DNA of 64,000 nt from Pecten maximus (lineage: Eukaryota): NCBI RefSeq assembly GCF_902652985.1, contig NC_047016.1, positions 48,298,001 through 48,362,000 of the forward strand, in the 5' to 3' direction. The position numbers and the translations under genes were made by a program. This document shows, piece after piece, positions 52,541 through 64,000 of the stretch; position 1 is the first letter of the stretch, and each line of letters opens with the position of its first letter. A model generated the notes under the pieces. The model was not told the origin of the DNA and did not search any database. It saw only the letters and a program-made list of their open reading frames with translations.

Positions 52541-53200
52541 TTATGGCTGATTTATATTCAAGGAAGCTGTTGCTACTTTCACCAGTTTTTCTATTACGTT
52601 AAGGAAATAATTTGAACTGAGCTGTTTTCTGAACAGTTTCAGCTGTTTCAGTCTTCCATGGTAACTCTCTACCACCCATCTTGACTTTCTACACCGGCGG
52701 TTCTCGTTGGCAGTCAGTGTACCATACTGTGTTTGACCTTGTAGAAGATAGGAAGGCATGTACACAGAAAATCCTGAACCTCGGAGCAGGTCCAGTACAT
52801 CCCTAAACCCCCGGTCAACAATCACATCGTCATTATCACTGAGCCACAAGTTCAGGTTTTCAAATGATTGAAGTATTGTTTTCAAGATATTTGTATCATT
52901 TTCATTCCCATAAAATGGACCAATAGTATCTAGTACATGTAACCGTCTGGTAAGACAATGCTCATGAACTTAACATAGTTGCGTTTCTTTTGCACAGTAT
53001 GAGGATCTTGGAAGAGGGTGGTCAGCACTTTTTTTAACAGAGATGTAAGTACCATCAGGGATAACAGTTACTTTGTCCCCATAAAAACATCTTGTAAATG
53101 CATTGGTGTGGTACTTAGCGTCCTCACGACTAATATGTCTTGGACCAAGGAAACCAGGCACAACAGTCTGGCTCAATGCTAGCAAGACGCTATGAAATGT
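52541..53200 (-). mobile_element. Decayed PIF/Harbinger-related (ISL2EU, DDE_Tnp_4-type) transposase
   Basis: DGTYISVKKS..RSSY, DTIGPFYGNEND, VIVDRGFRD, MPSYL..GQTQ..ANENR and RWVVESYHGRLKQ, with frameshifts between blocks. Confidence 0.8.
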
Positions 53201-53868
53201 GTGAGGCACATACTGGTTTTTGTTGTTGTTTTTTTTGTCAGACCACACAAGACACCAAGTTGAGACCATGAAATATTCGTCTTTAATTCAACCCAGAAAA
53301 GATACAAAGCATGGAAGAATGGATGTTGTTTGGTATGTCATAAAAATAGAAAAATAGTAGTTTTTGCATAAAAAACATGATAGGCAAATCTTCATGATTA
53401 TTGGTATTTATGCATAGGGCATGTTTGGCGTGCTCAAAAAAAGCATTTTACCGGTTTTGAAATTACATTATTTTTTGTCTGTATACAACATATATATGTG
53501 GAAAGTTTTTTGAGAAGTATAAAAGGTAGACTGTGATTAGAACCATACAAAATCATATTGACAATGTTGGATATATTTTTTGTTTTATGAAAAATTCGCA
53601 TATTTTTCTAATTAAAGGTGTCACTACGCTTATTTCGTGTATACTAATATAACATATTTGGTACCACAATAACTGTAAATTTATACACTATACAATGATA
53701 TCAGTCAATTTGAAAATTAACATTCACCTGTGACAAAAATCAAGCGTTTTGTTAGAGTACCCCCGTCAATCAATCTGGTTTTATGCAAGGAGGTCCAGTA
53801 TGACTATCGTAGTGCTGATAATGACTAATCCTTTATGGAGATATGGTCTTGTGTTACCAAATCCATTT

Positions 53869-54082
53869 GGTTTGTTTTTGTTTAACGTCCTATTAACAGC
53901 CAAGGTCATTTAAGGACGTGCCAGGTTTAGGAGGTGGAGGAAAGCCGGAGTACCCGGAGAAAAACCACCGGCCTACGGTCAGTACCTGTCAACTGCCCCA
54001 CGTAGGTTTCGAACTCGCAACCCAGAGGTAGAGGGCTAATGATAAAGTGTCGGGACACTTTAACCACTCGGCCACCGAGTCC
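53869..54082 (-). mobile_element. tRNA-derived V-SINE
   Basis: Full-length reverse complement of the 21478/31844 family. Confidence 0.92.
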
Positions 54083-54179
54083 GTGCATGTGACATAAGTT
54101 CGTATTCTCGAACTATTGACATGATCCTTCGAGTTCGAGTTAGCGAGGTTTTACCAAGGCAATCAGCCGATAAGGCCTC

Positions 54180-54900
54180 AAGTGCATTTTCATTTTAATT
54201 GTTGTCCTGTGTTATTTGTCAAAAGGCAAGTGTTTGTTTGGCAGCAGAATAGTTGACGGGATGTAAACTTTTAATCCCAAAAGGTCATCAGCGAAATGCT
54301 TCGGAGACTCCCTGTCTCATTTACTATTCTAAAAACGTTTATCATATCAGCTCTTTATACCTTCTGTGTTGTAGGGTTGAGAGATTTAAATTAGCCTTTC
54401 CGGATATGTCAGGCTTTAAAATCCAGTCAGTAGGTTTTGGCCATTCTCTGCACATTCTCAATGAGTTCGATATATTTTAACTTTGATGGACTCGAGTAAT
54501 TCCCATCATATTTCAGATAGGGTCTGGCTAGTGAATTAAATAGCATTATGAAAATAGATCCATCCAGATACACATAAGACGTGTTAGTCCTAACTATACT
54601 CATGGCTATATTGACAATCAAATGTATTTACATGTGTGTTTTGAAGTATAAATCGTTATCTATCATCACCCTATCATCCTACTATTCTTTACGTTTGTGA
54701 CATGCTCCAGTTAACCAGTTAAATTTCTGTTTATATATATATATATATATATTTGTTTGTTGTTGCTTTAGCAAAAAACAATGTTAAGGTGAAATTTTAT
54801 TGTGCATTTGTTCGACTAAATTTTCAGTTTGTCCAAATCGTTTTGAAGTGTTTCAACATCCTCGCTGGTGCTTATCTGTCTATATATTTTGCAATCTAAT
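54180..54900 (-). mobile_element. Decayed CR1-group LINE 3' fragment
   Basis: LFNSLARPYLKY, KYIELIENVQRMAK and LNLSTLQHRR in broken frames. Confidence 0.65.
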
Positions 54901-56914
54901 TAAAATCTAGATGGTCATTCTCACTACGTTATATGAAGATCGTGGATGTATACAACTAATAGAATTGGACCGAGTACACTTCCCTGAGGGATACCACTCA
55001 TTACCAGGGTATGCTCTTGATAACTCGCAGTTGACTATCATTCATTTGTATCTTCTTTTAAGAAATGTTTTTAATCCAATTTACAACCTAGCTGTAGACT
55101 TAAACCATATACTGACATTTTTTCAATAAACGTTGGTTTGACACTACCAACGACTTCATAAAATCCACGTATATGAAATATCCAGGCTCACCATCCTTGG
55201 GCCTAATTCGTTTATGCGGACAAACCGGTTCGTCAGTTTTTAAATGTAATATTTCAAACATATATCTTGACGGACCTGCAAATGTTAATACAGGCACTGG
55301 AAGTCTTTGTCAAGGCTCGTCTAAAAACAATATAAAATCACCAGGTCCGTCTTTATTTCATAAACGAACAACACCGGTCTAACTGGTCCAACCGTTTGGA
55401 CCGCAAAAACGAAAACGGTCCGTGTCTACAATCACTGTCCATTCTTCAAGTCCTATTCCTCCGGTTCATTCCCACTCAGCCAACATGTTGTTTTTGTAGA
55501 AATAGCATTGCCTGGACAATATGTAGTATAGCCGATTTCAAAATATACAAAGTATATCAACCTACGGCCAATGTACAATTAAACTGGAATATTCATGTGG
55601 AAATACAATATTTTCCGCACATTTAAATATTGCACCCACAAGTAATTAGGATGTCTATTTCTATGATATTAAATCAAATAAGTAATTGCTGACCATATTT
55701 AACATACGCATATTATCTATTTATTCTTATTTATTTATTTTCTATTTTATTTATTTATTTGTTTATCTATTTATTTATTTTGATTATTTTATCTATTTGA
55801 TTTTTAATGGATATTTAGACGGTCGCTAACTTTTATTTAGCAAAAAACATGATTTTCTTGTTATTCTTGTTATTATGAAAAAAAAACTATTTGGTCAACA
55901 TCATCAAAAGTTATTCTACCAAAGCAATAAAAATTAGAAAAGAAAATGATATTCAGTTCCAATGTCAGATAGGCGTATATGGGATGCTATTCTCACGTGA
56001 CGACCATGGGTCAGTTTCTAATTGTAGATACCGTCTCACCTTAATTAGAATTTTATCTTCAATTTAATTAACTCTACATGATTCCGCTTGTTGAATTTTG
56101 AACACCACATTTTCAATAGATTGATACCGTCTATAATTTAGTTACTCGGCACTAAAAACGGATATTTTAAATATATCTTCAGTTTGATGAGATTTTTTTT
56201 TTCAAGTACAAATTAATATTTAAATATAGCTTTGTTGTATCGATAACTAACTTTAATCCCGTACAGTTCAATTGATTCCTAATTGTGTATTCCATTTAAA
56301 CTCACTGAATAAATTTGCATGCAAACACAATATCAAAATCTGAGGTTTTAGCCTTAAATAATGGTAAACACACAGAACATAAACCAAAATTGAATCAATA
56401 TTTGGAGAATTGAGATTCCATACATCTTCTACAATGTAACTGTGTCCCATATTTTGTTTTTTGTTTTTGTTAGAATACCTCTGGTACAGTCTGTGAAACT
56501 GAGTTAAATATGTACAGCTTTACATCATGAACTGTATCTCATTATATGGACTGAAAACTTAAATTTGAATTTTACAATTGTGTAAGAGTTTTGGGTATAG
56601 GTGCGAGTACTTTACCATAAAACTCAGAGCTAAGAATGCCATTAATTGTTACTTATATATATATATATATAAGCGTACATTCAATAACATAATTATTGTT
56701 ATTTACTGTTTTAAGATACATGTTTAAACACGACTTTGTTCGGGGCCATTCCTTTACAAATTATTCGGGTTAGTCACAATAGAATTTGTACATGTCAGTA
56801 ATGCGTTAAAGTATCCATGAATGCATTTCAAGTTCTTGTTAATAGGATTTTTCTTATCTCTGACGTTGATCATGTTTATCGGCATTTTTTCTAAACCAAG
56901 GGTCAAATGGGGTA

Positions 56915-57010
56915 ACATTTCCGGAAATCCTATTCGCCTCTGTATTTTAGTTTCAACCTAAAAATTAACAACATCCGGGCAACTCGGAGTGGTGTCGGCC
57001 ATATTGGAAT
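56915..57010 (+). promoter_or_regulatory. Putative ACVR2 core promoter / 5'-UTR start
   Basis: TTTCCGGAAA (ETS-like palindrome) and CGGCCATATTG (YY1-like) 190-280 bp upstream of the ATG, with local CpG enrichment. Confidence 0.45.
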
Positions 57011-57195
57011 AAAAGTAAACAGAGTTTTCGGCATTGCATGCAGAAAAAAACTGAAAATTTGTGTTGAACAACGAAGATTAGGGAGACATCCCTTAATATG
57101 ACTTCAAACGATTATCTAGAGACTCGTATTCTGCAATAAGAAAGAATATTTATTTGTTTTCTTGTTGCAGAAGGAATCGATACTCGAGCTGAACC

Positions 57196-60100
57196 ATGAA
57201 CTCACAAAACTTGTTTCAGAGGCTCTGCCCGATCTTTTGTGTTTTTAGTCTCGCACTATCGTTTCAAACAAGTGGTAAGTTTCAAAGATCTCCATTGTTT
57301 AATTAATAATATGTTTAAACAGATTGTTCGCGTGCTAAAAACTCCAATTATCCTGATTATCTGAAGAAATCTTGTGAAATAACCCGACCTGTTTCTGAGA
57401 TTGATGACTGTTTACACAACGTGTGGTCATCGACACCGGTACGTAGCATTGTATGCACGTGCCCATATACCAACATCTATGTGATATGAAGATGTGAGTA
57501 TTTTAGAAGATTGGTGTGCTATTATCATGTCTCCACTAGGACATGACCATGCCAACATGATAACATATAGCATACCTTTGCAAGGAGAGTATACATAGTA
57601 GGGTATAATACTCTCCTACTCCTATACGTGTATGAGGTGTCATTCCACCTGATTACATTGGTGGATATTGCGACCTCATATATCCCCTCAGCATGTTTTT
57701 CTTGTAGCTGCCAGCGCCCTGATTCTGGGGCGCGACAAAAAAGTGTCATAAACCATCTAAAGTGATAATTCATGTTAACAAATATGTGTACGCTTACTTG
57801 TTGATGAAGTATCAATCCATTTATGCACAAACTGTTGATGGACACCTCTTAAATATAAGATAACATTTAAACGACTTTAATTAGGTAGGTCACAGCAACA
57901 GGTTTTACGTGTGGTGGTAATTAGAGGTTACATGACAGCCTGTTAAAAGTTTGCAGTCGTGTAAACCTCTAATATTATTGGAGTAAATACTCTCCCAAAT
58001 GAACTAGTTCAGGCACCAATCCTGAAATCCCGTCTTACCAACAGCCATAAGTATACTATCCCTTTCAATAATATATGAATAAATATATAAGTTTTTTTGC
58101 AATTCTGTGCAGGCTATAAATAGTAATTGTTATCAAGCGCCTCTATTAGCGGAAACATGTATTAGGGAGATAAGTAACATCACTATTTCCCCGTACAACT
58201 AGTGACTCCCTTTATTCGTAACCAGTCAAGTGTATCCCTTATTGAGAGCGCCTTGTCCCCTATCAAACACACACGAGCACAGGTAAATCGGGTTTTGCGC
58301 ATGTGTGTATCGATGTATGGGATCTTGTCATAACGTCATGATCAGACCAAAACATTGTCAATTTTAAACGCACACAAAAAGCACATCGTTTTATGTAGGC
58401 CACTATAAAGTTACTTATCATCCGGGAACTATCATAGTCTTGTTGCACACTTTGAATATGTTGTTGAATGGATCAAATAAAAATGTTCATCATTTCATAT
58501 CGCAATGAAATTTTCTAAAAATCGTGTAACCTAAAATAATGTTTCCCCATTATCCACAGACTAACTTAGTAAAGATATTCAAAACTAAAAATAATTATTC
58601 ATAACATTTCATATTTTCAAAAAACCCAGTGTCTGGTTTTCAAGTTTTCTCCAATATGGCGCCAAGTAACGACTGAACAAGTGACCGCGAAGGATTGTGG
58701 GAAGGTCAGGGGCCACCACGTAGACTATAGGGGCAAATAGAGAGTTACTGATCTGTGTTATATATGTTTCTGCTATCAGCGAATACCTAAAAATGGTGTC
58801 AAAAGACGAATAGTTATAGTGTTTTATGGTGCCCAAACATGTGTAATGTTATTATCTATTCCTGAGTAATTTTGAATTATATGATTTTCAGTATTTTCTT
58901 TACCCAATGACTTCACCTATGTGTTGGTATTTATTTTTTTGATGAACATCCAAGAATTGATTGAGAAGTTAAAAATAGAAGTTCCCATGCCTGCCACCAA
59001 GAAATAAGAGAACAAATCAAATACTGTGCTGGCATATTATGATGTCGCAGTCATATCTTTGATGTGTATCACATTGTTAAAGTCTCACGGGAAACTATTT
59101 TCATCTTGAGGATTACTCTGTGTCACACGAGATCTTATCAGATCACCTGAATGCAGTCATTACATATATCATCCTTGATTTGCTGAAAATCTTAATATGT
59201 TTATGTTGTCATTATTGATGACATTTTAGTATTTAGTTAGAAAATTAATGAATGTTTGTCTATACTTGAGTTATTTTTGTACTTTATTGGCTTAGGTGAA
59301 TGCTCATGGCCAAAATATTTCTGACTTAAATTTGGTTACAGTTTGATGTAAGATTATCATTGCTAGCTATTCATGATAATGTTCCAGGTATTACTATATC
59401 AGTCACGGTACTCACTTTTTTTCCCGACAGCTGGTTCAACTATTGAAGGAAAGACCCCTGAAGTGCCAAAGTTACGCTGTGTGGTGTATAAAGATCAGTG
59501 TAACAGTAGTATAGAGCACTGTGACACAGTTCAGGAATGTGACTCAGAAATGCCACACTGCTTCTCAGCATGGCACAATACCTCCAATGGCATAGACATT
59601 ATGAGACAGGGCTGCTGGGCAGACAGGGACATGTGTGATCAGGAGAACTGTATCCAGAGTCAAAAGATCACAAGCGTGAACTTCTGTTGCTGTAACAAGC
59701 CGTTATGTAACCAGGACATCACACCGATGAACTACCCTCCAACATCTACACCCAGCACCACAGGTACAGGTAAGTCACTTGTACCTTCCCAGGTCTATAC
59801 CCAGCGACACAGGTACAGGTAAGTCACTTGTACCCTCCCTAGTCTATACCCAGCGACACAGGTACAGGTAAGTCACTTGTACCTTCCCAGGTCTACACCC
59901 AGCACCACAGGTACAGGTAAGTCACTTGTACCTTCCCAGGTCTACACCCAGCACCACAGGTACAGGTAAGTCGCTTGTACCTTCCCAGGTCTATACCCAG
60001 CACCACAGGTACAGGTAAGTCACTTGTACCCTCCCAGGTCTATACCCAGCACCACAGGTACAGGTAAGTCACTTGTACCCTCCCAGGTCTACACCCAGCA

Positions 60101-63100
60101 CCAAAATTTGGATACTGAAAAGTCATTTAATTTTATGTCCAAATTTTAGAATGACCTATATCAGCTTGGTGCACGAATAGGACAAATGTACCTTAATATT
60201 TGCATATAGTGCACATTTTTTTTCTCAAAAATTGACTGGTGAAAAAAACCACTGGCACTATACGTAAGTACAAGCCTTTGTCGGTCAGATGCATGAATGT
60301 GATTTCAGATTTGTGATCGTTTCCTTCAACAGCAGGGTTATGATTTAATGCTGTAGAATTCAGCTACCACGCAGTTGAATATTGAAAAAAAAAAAAATTA
60401 TTTTTAAATATTTTTTTTTTTTTGAAAATGAATCTCAAAAACGTACCTGCTTACTGTACGTGATTGCGCACTATACGCTAATATTTACAGTACCAAAGTA
60501 TTTAAATGTTTTACAAAAAAAGACACATCTCATTATTTATTCAATTTTTGAGCTGAGTTAGCTATATTTTGGACTACAAAATGAGGAAAAACAATAAACA
60601 ATCTCTATAATCTGTCAGTAAACAAAACTGTGATATTGAGTTCAGTGTTCCAAACTTAACTTTTTACAACAGAAAATCAACTGTGATGCAATATTAATAT
60701 TAGGCAATTTTTCACTGAACTTGTTGTTCTGTTCAAATCTTTTTTATGCATATGTTTTTTTGCAGATACCTCATCTACCAAGACAAATCCTCCAGAGGAC
60801 AAGTTGTTGAAAACTCTACTCTACTCTATTGTTCCTATCATCGTGCTCGTCATAATCATCATCGGTGTCTTTTTCATGTGGAGATTCTACTTCAAAGATA
60901 ACAGGTAAACAGACAGAATATGTGCTGATAAATTTTTTCTTCAATTGCATGCCGAGGTCAGCTCTTGAAGTTTTGTTCTTAAAAATGTTTTAAAAAGGTT
61001 GAAAAGTCTCACAGAGCTAGGAGCCCAGATCATGTAGACTCTTAAGAAGTAGGAGACGCTGACCTATATTTTGACCTTGACCTACATCAAAGAAGAAGTT
61101 TGTCGACACTCTATCTCCTAAACTACTTGTCGCTGAAACTTCATCCTTGGGGCTGCAATAGCTCAGTTGGTTAGTGTGGCTGTTACATAATCCTAGGTGA
61201 AGACCTGAGATGTGTGGTTCAACGCTCCCTACCTGTGTCTATTTGTGTTTCTTGAGAGACTGAGATTAGAGTTGTTCTTGTGGTTTTGTCCATGGACAAG
61301 ACACTCTACCCTAATGGCATTGGATGGCAAGTGGCAGCCTCACGTGTGTTATCCAGTGAGTTAGTCACCAACTACTACAAGGGGACCCTGCCTCAAAATG
61401 ACCCTGACTGTTCATGGGGCAAGAAACCCAGCAAATAAACAAACATCATACCTGGGTAATTGGTCCACCTAGGTGAGGCAGTGTTTCATGTGACAAAAGT
61501 AGAACACTCTGGTACTTCATACTTGGTTCATGGGTTCAGGCGATGTGTCATTTACTAAAAGTACAGTCGCTCTGACTTACGTTTTGACTACATCAAAGAA
61601 AAAGTCTGATCTTCTGTTCTTCTTGTCACTTAAACGTCTTACTTTGGGCATAGGTTCATCTTGCAAGAGGTTTACGACTTCTTACTTCGGGCATAGGTTC
61701 ATCTTGCAAAAGGTTCATGACATTGAATTTCTGATTGCAGTTGTAATGGGGCTTTTTTGGGGCCCCATACCCAATTGAAATTATTTCATGTTTAAGGCAA
61801 ATTCCCAAAATTGGCTGTTTATTCTTGAAAAAATCTTTCCCAATTCATCAATTTTCTTCCCAAAATGAGACAAAAAGGCCTCATCCCAAACAAGTGAGAA
61901 AAAGCCCTGAGTAATATTCCTAAATTCATTCACATGATGTTTGGTATATATTCACACATTCGGTATATATTCACAGGGGAAAGACAAGAAAATATAACCA
62001 TATTTTGTATTATCTGTAGATACATGCAGCATCACCAACTGTCCACTGGGGACCCGGAGCTTGATCTGCCTCCCTCACCACACCCTCTGCGGCCAGTACA
62101 ACTGGAAGAGGTCCGTGCACATGGCCGTTTTGGTGTTGTTTGGAAAGGAATCATGAGCGACCAAAGTGTTGCTGTTAAAATCATGCCGTTTAAGGAACGC
62201 TCATCTTGGATGACAGAACAGGAGATATATAAGCTACCTCACATGAAGCACGAAAATCTACTCACGTTTATTGGTGCAGAAAAGCGTGACGAGAACCTCT
62301 GGTTGATCTCGGTCTTCCATGAGTACGGATCACTCTCCGACTACCTCAAAGGCAACACCATCACCTGGAGTGAGCTCTGCAAGATTGCAGAAACCATGAC
62401 CAATGGCCTGGCATATTTGCATGACGAGATCCCAGCAGCTCGTGGGCAAGAAGGAAAGCCATCTATAGCTCATCGGGACTTCAAGAGCAAGAATGTGCTC
62501 TTGAAGGATGACTTGACAACCTGTATTGCAGACCTTGGTCTGGCAATCAAGTTTGAACCAGGCAAAAGCCCAGGAGAGACCCATGGCTTGGTATGTATGG
62601 TTTTGACAGAAATATATATTACAGACAATTGAAATACATTATCTGTCCGAAAGTACATGGGCAGAATATAACTGAAATTTAAAATGTTTACAATACTAAA
62701 TAATTCAAATTTACTGAATACTACTTGTATTTCAAAATTACAGTTTTGTTTACTACATTTAGCTTTCTTTATTTTACACCAGGTTGGGACAAGGCGTTAC
62801 ATGGCGCCAGAAGTTTTGGAAGGTGCAATCAGTTTTAATAGAGATGCTTTCTTGCGTATTGACATGTATGCATGTGGCCTCGTCCTGTGGGAACTCATGT
62901 CACGGTGTTCAGGGTCAGATGGTCCAGTTGAAGACTACCAGTTGCCATATGAGGAGGAGATAGGCTCACATCCAACCCTAGAAGATATGCAGGAGTTGGT
63001 GGTGATGAAGAAAATTCGTCCCAGCGTTAAAGATCATTGGATGAGACATGTGGTAAGTTTGCCATGGCAACCCTGACCCACCACATCCAAACCATTCATA

Positions 63101-63814
63101 TCATTTGTGCGACTATGGCTTGCCTTGCTAAGCTGTACAATATCTGTATATAGTATTGAAATAAATGAATCGGTGAAACCTTTGGAAAAACTTGTGTTGT
63201 AATATTGAGGTCTAATAATCAGGAAGTTGTGTGTTATGTTATTGACTTCGTTGTGTCTATTTGGTAAGAACTTAATAAATGTAGGTCTTAAACAAAAATC
63301 TAAATTTTAAGAACTGTGCTATTTATATATTACATTAATGAAAACAAGTTTAACAGGTAAGAAGTAAGCCTTCAGCATAGAATTCTGCTCTAGCCATACC
63401 TATGTAAAACTATTGTTTCTCTTTCCCATCACAACACACCTCTATCTATAAACCATCCAGTTGCAAAATTTTCTAAAACCTGACTTCGTCAATTGCAATA
63501 AATATTTTACTAAAGAGATATTATTTTAAACTCTTCTTTTATTCTAAACTGTAAAAAAAATTTGTACAATGAAATATATAGTTTTTAGGTACTTTAAATT
63601 GTATACCTGTTCAATTTTTATCGTACAGGGGTTGGAAGCTCTGATCCCAACTATAGAGGAGTGCTGGGATCAGGACGCGGAGGCGCGTGTGTCTGCTGAT
63701 TGTGTCCATGAACGCCTCCTACAGATTGGCCGCACACTCAACGTATCTAACTCAACTAACCACCTACTCAGTCAGGAAACAACCCACTACCAGATATCCA
63801 CCATCTCATCGTAG
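57196..63814 (+). CDS. ACVR2: Activin receptor type II (TGF-beta family Ser/Thr kinase receptor), ~527 aa
   Basis: Exons 57196-57274 (signal), 59431-59769 (Cys-rich ectodomain, [13 protein letters not shown]), 60766-60904 (TM), 62020-62590 ([21 protein letters not shown]), 62783-63052 ([37 protein letters not shown]), 63629-63814 ([15 protein letters not shown]). There is no GS box, so it is type II. Confidence 0.96.
59745..60102 (+). repeat. 49-bp minisatellite spanning the ACVR2 exon 2/intron 2 junction (7 donor copies)
   Basis: Unit TCTAYACCCAGCACCACAGGTACAG|GTAAGTCACTTGTACCYTCCCAGG; GT at 59770, 59819, 59868, 59917, 59966, 60015 and 60064. Confidence 0.97.
61148..61445 (+). mobile_element. 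tRNA-derived CORE-type SINE nested in an older HINE-like repeat
   Basis: TAGCTCAGTTGGTTAG A box, GGTTCAA B box, GTCCATGGACAAGACACT CORE-like block, tail AAATGACCCTGACTGTT shared with the V-SINEs, (AAAC)n end. Confidence 0.7.
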
Positions 63815-64000
63815 CTCAAACTTGGCCAAAAAATGGGGAGGGAAAAGTAACAGCAGAGATTGAATGCTGGAGGGACAGCGAGACGCAGTGCAAGTCCGTG
63901 GGAAGGGCAGTACATTACATTACACATATAATGGGGAGGGTTTGGGAATGGCAGTGCAAGTCTTATGGGAAGGGGTTGGGAAGGGCTATATCGACAGTGC

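Noticed and set aside
5945-63814. Functional cluster of cytokine receptor, NAT16-like, FAXC and ACVR2
   Set aside because: Adjacency in an animal genome does not imply a shared pathway, and no shared regulatory evidence is visible.

Overview
AT-rich, intron-rich animal genomic DNA. The V-, CORE- and Meta-type SINEs, HINE/pearl-like element and CR1-group LINEs point to a bivalve mollusc, possibly a scallop (inference). There is one 130-N assembly gap. Reading splice sites by hand gives four multi-exon genes. (1) A minus-strand class I cytokine receptor of the gp130/Domeless type: 22 coding exons, about 1172 aa, 29367->5945, largely missed by the ORF track. (2) A minus-strand NAT16/histidine N-acetyltransferase-like GNAT gene with a 1-nt frameshift. 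(3) A plus-strand FAXC (failed axon connections, metaxin/GST-like) gene. (4) A plus-strand activin type II receptor. The best candidate for an undescribed system is the cytokine receptor. Its roughly 590-aa tail is built from duplicated phase-0 exons, each carrying one tyrosine module ([10 protein letters not shown] x2, NEYCSF, NYVxx(x)PGD x3). Several modules fit the ITIM consensus, while no proline Box1 or YxxQ STAT site is visible, which suggests a modular inhibitory or decoy receptor. Other notable items: a 49-bp minisatellite multiplies the ACVR2 ectodomain-exon splice donor seven times, two inverted solo LTRs bracket the FAXC 5' end, and foldback elements show a DIRS/Crypton-like internal junction. 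All gene models are manual and lack transcript support.
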